A stretch of 60,344 bases of DNA from Deltaproteobacteria bacterium (GTDB taxonomy: Bacteria > Myxococcota_A > UBA9160 > UBA6930), in NCBI GenBank assembly GCA_031387905.1, contig JANNDT010000277.1:1-60344 (forward strand). Direction: 5' to 3'. The notes beneath the pieces were generated by a model, which saw only the letters and a program-made list of their open reading frames with translations, did no database searches and was not told the origin of the DNA. This document shows positions 26,704 to 34,556 of this stretch, one piece after another. The translations under genes were made by a program, and so were the position numbers. Numbering within the stretch: the stretch's first letter is position 1; each line of letters starts with the position of its first letter.

Positions 26704-27885
26704 TCAGATCCGCTCGATCAGCGTGGCCGTGCCGATCGCCGAGCCGCAGCACATCGTGATCAGCGCGCGGCTCTTGCCCGTGCGCTCGAGTTCGTGCAGC
26801 GCGGACACGATCAGTCGCGAGCCGGTCGCGCCAACCGGGTGGCCGAGCGCGATCGCGCCGCCGTTCGGGTTCACGCGCGCGGGGTCGATCTCGGGGAACG
26901 CGCGCTGCCACGCGAGCACCACGGCGGCGAAGGCTTCGTTGCACTCGAACACGTCGACTTCGCGCAAGTCGAGCTTGGTCTTCGCGAGCAACTTGCGCGT
27001 CGCATCGATCGGGCCTTCGAGCAGGAACGACGGATCGCAACCGACGACGACGTCGTGGCGGATGCGCGCGCGCGCGCGCAGGCCATGCGCCTTGGCCTTC
27101 TCGGCGCTCATGTAGAGCAGGCCCGCCGCGCCGTCCGAAACCTGAGAAGAGTTGCCCGCCGTGTGAATGCCGCCGGCCTGCACGGGCTTCAGCGCTGCGA
27201 GGCCCTCGCGCGTCGTCGCGCGGATGCCTTGATCGGTGACGATGCGCTGCGTCGCGCCGGTGGGCTTGCCGTCCTCCCCAACAACTGGCGCCTCGATCGG
27301 CAGAATCTCGCGCGCGAAGTGGCCCGCGGCCGTGGCTCTCGCGGCGAGGTCCTGCGAGCGCAGCGCGAGAGCATCGACGTCGTCGCGCGTGATTCCCCAC
27401 TTCGCGGCGATGCGCTCGATCGCGATGAACTGCGACATCGGCTCGTCCCACGGAAAGCCGGGAGGCAAGAAGAAGCCGGGGCCGTGCATCACGTTGGCGC
27501 CGAGCCCGACGTGGCTCATCAGCTCGATACCGCAGGCGATGCCGCAATCGATCGAGCCGCCCTTGATGAGTGCGCTCACCAGGTTGTTCGCTTGCTGGCC
27601 CGAGCCGCACTGGACGTCCAGCGTGGTGCCCGCGGTGGAGTAGTCGCTCGCGACCGCACCGAGCCAGGCGTGGCGCGCGATGTTATTGGACTGCTCGCCC
27701 GCCTGGGTCACGCAGCCGCCGAAGATCTGCTCGACCTCTCTCGGCTCGATGCCGGCCTTCTCGACCAAGCCGATCTGCAAGCGTCCGAGCAACTGCGCAG
27801 CGTGAAACCCCGAGAGGTCGCCCTTCCCCAGCTTCCCGCGCCCGAGCGGCGTGCGAAGTGCTTCGACGATTACCGCGTCTGCCAT
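26704..27885 (-). CDS. Acetyl-CoA C-acyltransferase (true thiolase, FadA-like)
   Basis: Motifs: LDVQCGSGQQA, NPNGGAIALGHPVGATG, CCGSAIGTA. The ATG at 27885 gives 393 aa. Confidence 0.9.
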   Translation of the reverse strand: MADAVIVEALRTPLGRGKLGKGDLSGFHAAQLLGRLQIGLVEKAGIEPREVEQIFGGCVTQAGEQSNNIARHAWLGAVASDYSTAGTTLDVQCGSGQQANNLVSALIKGGSIDCGIACGIELMSHVGLGANVMHGPGFFLPPGFPWDEPMSQFIAIERIAAKWGITRDDVDALALRSQDLAARATAAGHFAREILPIEAPVVGEDGKPTGATQRIVTDQGIRATTREGLAALKPVQAGGIHTAGNSSQVSDGAAGLLYMSAEKAKAHGLRARARIRHDVVVGCDPSFLLEGPIDATRKLLAKTKLDLREVDVFECNEAFAAVVLAWQRAFPEIDPARVNPNGGAIALGHPVGATGSRLIVSALHELERTGKSRALITMCCGSAIGTATLIERI

Positions 27886-27905
27886 CTCATCCTCCAAGTC
27901 TCCGC

Positions 27906-29075
27906 TCACGCTCTTCCGAGAATCAAGGCGCCGGTCGGAACGCCGACGCCGCTGGTGACGAGCACGTGGTCGGCTCGCGCGGGCTGGTTCGCGGATTGCC
28001 CGCGCACGAGGCGCGCGCCTTCGGCGATGCCGTTCACGCCGTGGATGTAGGCCTCGCTGAGCAGGCCGCCGTGCGTGTTGTTGGGGAGCCGGCCGCCCAC
28101 TTCGAGCGCGCCGCCTTTGATGAAGTCCTTGGCCTCGCCCTTCTTGCAGAAGCCGAACGATTCGAGCTGGATCAGCACCTCGGGCGTGAACGCGTCGTAA
28201 AGAATCGTCGCGTCGATGTCCTTGGGGCCGAGCTTGGCCTGCGCGTAGACCTGTTTGCCCGCGAGCTCCATCTCGGGCAGCGCCGCCATGTCGGGGCGAT
28301 AGAAGCTCGTCATTTGCTCCTGGCCCGCGGCCGAAGCCTGCGCGACCCCGCGAATCAGCGCGGCCGGCTGCTGGAGATCGCGCGCGCGCTCGGGCGTGGT
28401 GATGAGGAGCGCGCAGCCGCCGTCGGTCTCCTGGCAGCAGTCGTAGAGCCGCAGCGGCTCCGTCACCCAGCGCGCCGCGAAGTACTGCTCGCGCGTGAGC
28501 GGCTGCTGATAGAACGCGGCGTTCGGGTTCGTGACCGCGTGCTTGCGCGTCGCGAGCGCGATCGTCGCGAGGTCGTCGCAGGTCGCGCCGTACTCGTGCA
28601 TGTAACGCTGCGCGCAGAGCGCCACCCACGAGGCGGGCGTCAACATCCCGAACGGCATGTACCAGGACCAATGAATTAGGTCGCTGGTGATGATGTTGCC
28701 GCTGACGCCTTGCCCCATGCGCTGGCCCGAGCGCCCGTTCAGCGCGCGGTAGACGACGACGTACTTCGCGGCGCCCGTCGCCACCGCCATCGCGGCTTGG
28801 TGGACGAGCCCGACGCAGGCGCCGCCGCCGTACGCAATGCGGCTGAACAGCGTCATCTCGCCAATGCCGACCGTGCGCGCCACTTCGACTTCGTCGCTCG
28901 AGTCCATCAGGAACGTGACGAGTCCGTCGACATCGCGAGGCGAGAGGCCGGCGTCGTCGATCGCCGCGCGCACGGCCTGCGAGGCGAGGCTCAACTCCGA
29001 GACACCCGAGTTCTTCGAGTACTTCGTCTGCCCGATGCCCGCGATTGCGGCTTCGTTGTTCAGCGTGATCGGCAT
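27906..29075 (-). CDS. Thiolase-like lipid-transfer protein (Ltp2-like candidate aldolase)
   Basis: MPITLNNEAAIAGIGQTKYSKNSG and NTHGGLLSEAYIHGVNG. It is 389 aa and lies directly after the MaoC pair. Confidence 0.8.
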   Translation of the reverse strand: MPITLNNEAAIAGIGQTKYSKNSGVSELSLASQAVRAAIDDAGLSPRDVDGLVTFLMDSSDEVEVARTVGIGEMTLFSRIAYGGGACVGLVHQAAMAVATGAAKYVVVYRALNGRSGQRMGQGVSGNIITSDLIHWSWYMPFGMLTPASWVALCAQRYMHEYGATCDDLATIALATRKHAVTNPNAAFYQQPLTREQYFAARWVTEPLRLYDCCQETDGGCALLITTPERARDLQQPAALIRGVAQASAAGQEQMTSFYRPDMAALPEMELAGKQVYAQAKLGPKDIDATILYDAFTPEVLIQLESFGFCKKGEAKDFIKGGALEVGGRLPNNTHGGLLSEAYIHGVNGIAEGARLVRGQSANQPARADHVLVTSGVGVPTGALILGRA

Positions 29076-29085
29076 GCGCGGCTCC

Positions 29086-29499
29086 CTAAGCGCTCGGCAA
29101 CTGCACGCGCACTCTGGCGGTGACGTGGGTGCCCCAAGCGTTGTTGCCGGCCACTTCGATCTCGACGAGCTCGGGCGTCGCCGAGAGCACTCTGCCGCGC
29201 AGTCTGAGCGTGTCGCCCGGCAAGTTCGGACCGCCGAGCTTCAGCCAGACGCCCTTCACCACGGCGTTCGGGCCGCTCCAATCCGTGACGTAGCGCCCGA
29301 CCAGTCCTTTGGTGGTGAGGATGTTCATGAACATGTTGGGGAGGCCTTGCGCCTGCGCGGCGCCGGGGTCGTGGTGCACGGGCGTGTAGTCGCGCGAGGC
29401 GATCGCGCCGCCGGCGACGAGCGTCGCGGTGATCGGCAGATCGAGCGGCGGCAGCGCATCGCCGGGCTTCACGTCCGAGCTGCGAAGCGTCGGCTTCAT
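29086..29499 (-). CDS. MaoC-like hotdog hydratase, small subunit (ChsH1-like, 137 aa)
   Basis: GAIASRDYTPVHHDPGAAQAQGLPNMFMNILT. An ATGA overlap joins it to the upstream dehydrogenase stop. Confidence 0.8.
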   Translation of the reverse strand: MKPTLRSSDVKPGDALPPLDLPITATLVAGGAIASRDYTPVHHDPGAAQAQGLPNMFMNILTTKGLVGRYVTDWSGPNAVVKGVWLKLGGPNLPGDTLRLRGRVLSATPELVEIEVAGNNAWGTHVTARVRVQLPSA

Positions 29500-30629
29500 G
29501 CGTTCGCAAGGCCATGCGCGGCGAGGTCGGCGCCGAGTGCGGCGAGCTGCACCGAGGCGCCGCCGAGGGCGAGCTCGAGGCTCTTCGACCATAAGAAGTA
29601 GCGCTGGATCGGATAGTCGATGTCGGAGCCGATCCCGCCGTGCAGGTGCAGGGCGGCGTTCACGATGCGCGAGCCGCCCTCTGATGCCCAGATTTTCGCG
29701 ACGCGCGCTTCGCGCTGCGCGGGCAAGCCCTCCGCGAGGCGGTAGGCCGCGCGCCAGAGCGTCCAGCGCATCGCCTCGAGATCGATGAACGCGTCGGCCT
29801 CGCGATGCTGCACCGCCTGGAACGATCCGATCGGCACGCCGAACTGGACGCGTTCGCGCGTGTACTGCGCCGTGATCGCGAGCGCACGGTCGCACACGCC
29901 GGCTTGCAGCGCGGCGAGCGCCGTCAGCGCGCGCGGCTCGAGCCAGCGCAGAATCGCAGCGCCATCGGCGGGCAGCCGGGCTTCCTCGCTGACTCGCACA
30001 GCGCGGAGTGTTAGGTCGAACAGCGGCTCGCCGCTCGAGACGCGCTTCCCTTCGAGCGACACGCCGCTGCCCTGCGTCTCGACCACGAACACCGCGACGC
30101 CGCGCTCGGTGCTCGCGGGCACGAGCACCGCGCTAGCCGCGCGCGCGTGCGGCACGAAGCGCTTTGCGCCGTCGATCACCCAGTCGGCGCCTTCGCGGCG
30201 CGCGCGCGTCGCCGGTGCGAGCGCGTTCGCGGAGCCCGCGTCGTCGAGCGCCGCAGTCAGGATCGCCTCGCCCCTCGCGACGCGCGGCAGCCAGCGCGCT
30301 CGCTGCCCCGCGCTAGCGAACTCGGCGAGTGGCAGCGCGCCGAGCACGAGCGCGGCGAACGCCGCATTCGGCGCGGCTGCGCGGCCGATCTCTTCGAGCA
30401 GCACGCACAGCTCGCGAAAGCCCATGCCCATGCCGCCGTGCGCTTCGGGCAGCGCGATCCCCAACAAGTTGGCGGCGGCGAGTCGCTGCCAGAGCGCGGC
30501 ATCGATCCAGTCCTCGGTCTTTTCGGCCGCGCGCAGCCGCTCCTGTGTCGCTTCTTGCTCGAGAATCCCGCGCGCGAGGTCGCGCACGCTCTGCTGCTCT
30601 TCCGAGTAGGCAAAATCCATGGTTGTCAT
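29496..30629 (-). CDS. Acyl-CoA dehydrogenase family protein (377 aa)
   Basis: MDFAYSEEQQSVRDLARGILEQE and HGGIGSDIDYPIQRYFLWS. It overlaps the stop of the upstream gene. Confidence 0.9.
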   Translation of the reverse strand: MTTMDFAYSEEQQSVRDLARGILEQEATQERLRAAEKTEDWIDAALWQRLAAANLLGIALPEAHGGMGMGFRELCVLLEEIGRAAAPNAAFAALVLGALPLAEFASAGQRARWLPRVARGEAILTAALDDAGSANALAPATRARREGADWVIDGAKRFVPHARAASAVLVPASTERGVAVFVVETQGSGVSLEGKRVSSGEPLFDLTLRAVRVSEEARLPADGAAILRWLEPRALTALAALQAGVCDRALAITAQYTRERVQFGVPIGSFQAVQHREADAFIDLEAMRWTLWRAAYRLAEGLPAQREARVAKIWASEGGSRIVNAALHLHGGIGSDIDYPIQRYFLWSKSLELALGGASVQLAALGADLAAHGLANA

Positions 30630-31612
30630 GCCGCCGGCTTGAAGAGCGGCAGCTTGAAGCCGTCTTCATCGCTGTGAATGAAGCACTCGACGCGCATGCC
30701 GATCTTCACGTGCTTGGGATCGCAGCCGACGAGGTTCGAGAGGATGCGCTCGCCCTCTTCGAGGTCGACCAGCGCGGCGACGATCGGGAAGTCGTAACCC
30801 GGAAACTGCGGGTAGTGGATCACGGTGAAGCTGTGCAGTGTCCCGCGTCCGCTCGCCGCGATCGAATCCCAGGCGAGCGAGCCGCACGCGTCGCACATCG
30901 GGCGCGGTGGGTGGCGCAGCTTGTTACAAGCTTTGCAGCGCTGGATCGGCAGGTGGTTCTTCTCGGCGACCTCGGTCCACCACCAGCCGTTGTCGTGGCC
31001 CATCGGCGGCTTCAGGCGCGACGGCTTTGCGGCCTGCGTCGCACCGCCGCTCGCGGCGGCTGCCGCGCGCGGCGCTTCCTTCGGGATGAACTTCAGCACG
31101 CGGAACGTCTGCCAGCCGACCTCCGCGCCCGCTCGATCCGTGAAGCGCGTGCGCGTGGTGATGAAGAAGCCGACGCCCGCGCCGGTCGCCTTCTCTTCGC
31201 TGATCTTCTCGATCACGGTCTCGGCCGTGACCGCGTCTCCCGGCTTCAGGTAGCGGTGGAACGCCTGCTCGGTGTCGGTCCCTAACACGCCCGTGTAGCC
31301 CGCGTCGCTGAGCAGCTTGTGTAGGCGATGCTCTTCGTTCTGCGGCGTGTCGTAGCCCTTGTGCATCTCCCAGCCCTGCATCGTCCAGGCGTCGAGCATC
31401 ATCGGCGGCGCAACGAGCGTGCCGAACACGCTCTCCTTCGCGGCGGCCGGGTCGAGGTACACCGGGTTCGCATCGCCCATCGCATCGCACCACTGGCGAA
31501 TCATCGGCTCGTTCACCGCGTCGCGGCCCGTGAACTTCGGGCCAATCGGCTTGCCGACGAACGCGCGGATGCTCGTCTCGAGCGCTTGTTTTTGTCCCGC
31601 CGTGAGCGGCAT
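30626..31612 (-). CDS. MaoC N-terminal-type hydratase fused to a C-terminal DUF35 domain (ChsH2-like, 328 aa)
   Basis: The N-half has DAVNEPMIRQWCDAMGDANPVYLDP. The C-half has LPIQRCKACNKLRHPPRPMCDACGS plus an OB-fold. The ATG is at 31612. Confidence 0.8.
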   Translation of the reverse strand: MPLTAGQKQALETSIRAFVGKPIGPKFTGRDAVNEPMIRQWCDAMGDANPVYLDPAAAKESVFGTLVAPPMMLDAWTMQGWEMHKGYDTPQNEEHRLHKLLSDAGYTGVLGTDTEQAFHRYLKPGDAVTAETVIEKISEEKATGAGVGFFITTRTRFTDRAGAEVGWQTFRVLKFIPKEAPRAAAAASGGATQAAKPSRLKPPMGHDNGWWWTEVAEKNHLPIQRCKACNKLRHPPRPMCDACGSLAWDSIAASGRGTLHSFTVIHYPQFPGYDFPIVAALVDLEEGERILSNLVGCDPKHVKIGMRVECFIHSDEDGFKLPLFKPAA

Positions 31613-31623
31613 GTCGCTCTCCT

Positions 31624-32808
31624 CTACCTGCGCGAGCGCGGCTGGCCGAGGCCCGCCTGCGCGATGATGTCGCGCTGCACTTCGTTCACGCCGCCGCCGT
31701 AGGTGTTCACCATGGCGAGGCGGTAAGCGCCTTCCATTAGGCCGTCGGTCACCGAACCGGGCTCGCCGCGGCGCGCGATGCCGAGGGACTCGGTGATCTC
31801 GAGCAGCTGGCGATAACAATCGATCACCATCTCGGTGCCGAATACTTTCACGGCGCTGGCGTCGGCCATACCCGGCGTGCCCTGATCGATCAACCACGCG
31901 CTTCGCCAATTCAGCACTTTCAGCGCTTCGAGCTTCGCGTAGACGCGCGCGAGGTTGGCCTGCACCCACGGCACTCCCGCAACGAGCCCGCCGCCTGGCC
32001 GCTCCGTGGTGCGCGCCCACCCGACGACTTCCTCGTACACTTTTTCGAGCGAGGCCGGCATCGCGAGCGTGATGCGCTCGAGGTTCAGCTGGCCGGTGAT
32101 CAGGGTCCAGCCGCCGTTCACCGGGCCAACCGTGTTCGTGAGCGGAACGCGCACGTCTTCGTAGTAGGTGACGTTGGTGCGCTCACCGCCGAGCGTGGTG
32201 ATGGGCGTCGAGCTGAAGCCTTTCGCCGAGTTCGGCACGAGGATGATCGAGATGCCCTTGTGCTTCGGCACCTCGGAATCGGTGCGCGCCGCGAGCCAGA
32301 TGTAGTCGGACTCGTGACCGTGGGTGGTGAAGACCTTCTGGCCGTTGATCACCCACGCGTCGCCGTCGCGAACTGCGCGCGTCTTCAGCGACGCCAGATC
32401 GGTGCCGGCGGACGGCTCGGAGTAGCCGATCCCGAACAGCATCTCGCCGTTGCGAATCTTCCCTAAGAAGTGACTTTTCTGTTCGTCGCTCCCGTACTTC
32501 ATCAGCATCGGGCCGACCGTGTTCACCGTAATCAGCGGTAGCGGCGCGCGCGCGCGCCAGGTCTCGTCCCAGAAGATGAACTGCTCGAGGTGGCTGCGGC
32601 CTTGGCCGCCCCATTCGCGCGGCCAGCCGATCGTCAGCCAGCCGTCCTTGCCCATGCGGCCCATCGCTTCGCGAAACGCCGGGCCGCCGAGTTGGTCCCA
32701 CTCCGCGTCGAGCCGGGCGCGCAGGTCGCCTTCTGCGAACAGCTCCTTGTAGTAGGAGCGGATCTGCGCGCGCAGCGACTCTTGTTCGGGGGAGAGATCG
32801 ATCCGCAT
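31624..32808 (-). CDS. Acyl-CoA dehydrogenase family protein (394 aa)
   Basis: Motifs: MRIDLSPEQESLRAQI, GYSEPSAGTDLASLKT, GGGVNEVQRDIIA. The start is taken as the ATG at 32808, with an alternative TTG at 32826. Confidence 0.9.
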   Translation of the reverse strand: MRIDLSPEQESLRAQIRSYYKELFAEGDLRARLDAEWDQLGGPAFREAMGRMGKDGWLTIGWPREWGGQGRSHLEQFIFWDETWRARAPLPLITVNTVGPMLMKYGSDEQKSHFLGKIRNGEMLFGIGYSEPSAGTDLASLKTRAVRDGDAWVINGQKVFTTHGHESDYIWLAARTDSEVPKHKGISIILVPNSAKGFSSTPITTLGGERTNVTYYEDVRVPLTNTVGPVNGGWTLITGQLNLERITLAMPASLEKVYEEVVGWARTTERPGGGLVAGVPWVQANLARVYAKLEALKVLNWRSAWLIDQGTPGMADASAVKVFGTEMVIDCYRQLLEITESLGIARRGEPGSVTDGLMEGAYRLAMVNTYGGGVNEVQRDIIAQAGLGQPRSRR

Positions 32809-32836
32809 CGGGGGGCCACCGGGCAATTCACGTTTT

Positions 32837-32850
32837 TGAAACGTGTTCTA
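32837..32850. promoter_or_regulatory. KstR-type operator match TGAAACGTGTTCTA
   Basis: Full match to TnnAACnnGTTnnA, 29 nt upstream of the ATG at 32808. It lies between the TetR stop and the first dehydrogenase gene. Confidence 0.55.
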
Positions 32851-32911
32851 GTTTCGGATTATGCCCACGACGCGCCGTCGTGTCGAGAACGAAAGCCCTC
32901 GAACGCGCGGC

Positions 32912-33556
32912 TCAGCCGCCCTCGAGTACCAGCTCGATCGTCTCCTGCATGCGCTCCATCACGGTTGCGATCGGGTGGAGCCCGCTCGCCCAGCCGATCA
33001 GCGAGGAGAACCAGACGTGCTGGAGCACGCGCGCGATCAGGCGTTCGCGCTCGCTCCCGACGAGTTCGGAGAGCGGCGTCGCTGCGTCCGCGGGCTCGCC
33101 GCGCAGCGCCGCGACGATCATGCGCGACATGCGCAGGTGAAACGCGGCTTGCTGCACCGCGCTCGCGGCCTCGCTCGCCGCGATCGCGCGCAGCACGGCG
33201 CGCGCGAAGTTCGGTCGCCGCGTGAGCCCGCGCGTCGCGCGCGCGAACAGCTCGACCAGGCGCTCCGTCGCGCGCGCCGATTCGGGCGGGCGTGCGGCGA
33301 GGATCCGCAGCAGCTGCTCGTTGTCCTCGTTCACCGCGAAGAGCAGCACGTCTTCCTTGCTGCGGAAGTACTTGTAGAGCGTGCCGAGTGCGACGCCGGA
33401 GGCGTCGGCCACATCGCGCAGCCGCACCGCGTCGAAGCCGCCCGACTCCGCGAGCGCAATCGCCGCGTCGACGATGCGCCGGATGCGCTTCAGCTGCGAA
33501 ACCGCGAGCCGCGGCGGCGAGAACTCGCTCACGGGCTCAGCTGCGTCGGTGGGCAT
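32912..33556 (-). CDS. TetR/AcrR family transcriptional regulator (KstR-like by context)
   Basis: HTH region RRIVDAAIALAESGGFDAVRLRDVADASGVALGTLYKYFRSKEDVL. Confidence 0.9.
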   Translation of the reverse strand: MPTDAAEPVSEFSPPRLAVSQLKRIRRIVDAAIALAESGGFDAVRLRDVADASGVALGTLYKYFRSKEDVLLFAVNEDNEQLLRILAARPPESARATERLVELFARATRGLTRRPNFARAVLRAIAASEAASAVQQAAFHLRMSRMIVAALRGEPADAATPLSELVGSERERLIARVLQHVWFSSLIGWASGLHPIATVMERMQETIELVLEGG

Positions 33557-33564
33557 TTCGGAAT

Positions 33565-33578
33565 TAGAACATGTTGCA
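33565..33578. promoter_or_regulatory. KstR-type operator match TAGAACATGTTGCA
   Basis: Full match to TnnAACnnGTTnnA, 9 nt upstream of the TetR ATG at 33556. This is a candidate autoregulatory site. Confidence 0.55.
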
Positions 33579-33599
33579 GTTCGCGACGGAAGAGAAAAC

Positions 33600-33620
33600 C
33601 GCGGGGACGTTCCATAACTT
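33600..33620. repeat. Left terminal inverted repeat of the RAYT unit
   Basis: Read directly. It is followed by a tandem ATAACTTC ATAACTTC duplication. Confidence 0.8.
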
Positions 33621-34450
33621 CATAACTTCGCGCGGCGGAGCATCTTCGAGACTGCGGGTTGAGAGACGCCCAAGCGGCGGCCCACCGCGGTCAGCGACAT
33701 GCCGAGTTCCTGCACCGCCGCCCGCGCCAGCATCTCCCGCGCGCGAACCGCCGCGCGCGTCCGAGATCGCGACAGGAGCTCCCCGACCGAGCTCCCGGCA
33801 GCCCGCGCAGCATGGGCGGCAATCGCGTCGAAGTTCGCGCCTTGGAAGTCGGCGGGCGCACGCGTTGGCCTAGGCAGCCGCGGCTTCCAGTCTCGCGGCG
33901 CCGGAACGCGCCGAGCGTTCGCGACGGCTGCATGGGCAGCGGCGGGGTCGCGCTCAAACAGCGCGAGCGTCATCGCAGCCGCCTCGAAGGCGTGCGGTGG
34001 GCGCGCGCCGACGACCGCACCGTGGCCGCACCACGCGTACGCCGCGAGGTCATCCAGCAGCACGAGCTTCGCTTCGACTGGGTTTCGGTGGACGTAGGCG
34101 ACCGCGGCCGCGAGGTACGCGTCGGTGTCGACCACCGAAGACAGAAAGCGATTGTGGAAGACGTGCCCGATGCGACGGTGGCGGTTGTTGAAGTAGACCG
34201 CGTAGCCCGTAGCGAGGCGCCGCATCAGCAGCGACAGGCCGGCGTTACCGGAGCGCAACACCAGGTGGACGTGGTTTGGCATGAGAGCCCAGGCAAGGCA
34301 GAGGCAGCCGAGCTCTTGAATCAAGCGATCGAGGCGGGCGATGAACTCGAGACGGTCTGCGTCGTCGAGAAAGATCCGGTGTCGATCGATTCCTCGGAGT
34401 CGAACGTGATGGGTGACGCCCGGGGCGTCGAAGCGAGGGCCGCGGGGCAT
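33620..34450 (-). CDS. REP-associated tyrosine (Y1, HUH) transposase with a C-terminal DnaA-C-like HTH
   Basis: HUH motif PNHVHLVL, catalytic Tyr region AYVHRNPVEAKLV, and C-terminal LGMSLTAVGRRLGVSQPAVSKMLRRAKL. Confidence 0.85.
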   Translation of the reverse strand: MPRGPRFDAPGVTHHVRLRGIDRHRIFLDDADRLEFIARLDRLIQELGCLCLAWALMPNHVHLVLRSGNAGLSLLMRRLATGYAVYFNNRHRRIGHVFHNRFLSSVVDTDAYLAAAVAYVHRNPVEAKLVLLDDLAAYAWCGHGAVVGARPPHAFEAAAMTLALFERDPAAAHAAVANARRVPAPRDWKPRLPRPTRAPADFQGANFDAIAAHAARAAGSSVGELLSRSRTRAAVRAREMLARAAVQELGMSLTAVGRRLGVSQPAVSKMLRRAKL

Positions 34451-34535
34451 CGTGATTCGCCGCGGGACCGGTGGGGGATGAGGGCGACGCTAGCTGCGAG
34501 GCGTGAACCTGTCCGCGCGGGAGAGTTAGTTTGGA

Positions 34536-34556
34536 AAGTTATGGAACGTCCCCGCG
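34536..34556. repeat. Right terminal inverted repeat of the RAYT unit
   Basis: AAGTTATGGAACGTCCCCGCG. It overlaps the last 5 codons and the stop of the membrane-SDR gene. Confidence 0.8.

Larger units (their letters stand above)
33600..34556 (-). mobile_element. Single-gene Y1-transposase (RAYT/IS200-like) unit bounded by perfect 21-bp inverted repeats
   Basis: CGCGGGGACGTTCCATAACTT at 33600..33620 is the exact reverse complement of 34536..34556. The repeats enclose only the transposase ORF. Confidence 0.7.

Noticed and set aside
19762-32020. N-terminal extensions of track ORFs 19762..21615, 21479..23026, 22639..23970, 25757..27610, 26704..28671, 29086..29895 and 30626..32020. The same applies to 13082..14311, 17804..18856, 50366..53971 and 55113..56819.
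   Set aside because: In each case the family-typical N-terminus begins at an internal ATG or GTG that abuts or overlaps the stop of the upstream gene. The extension overlaps that upstream gene and is Arg-rich.
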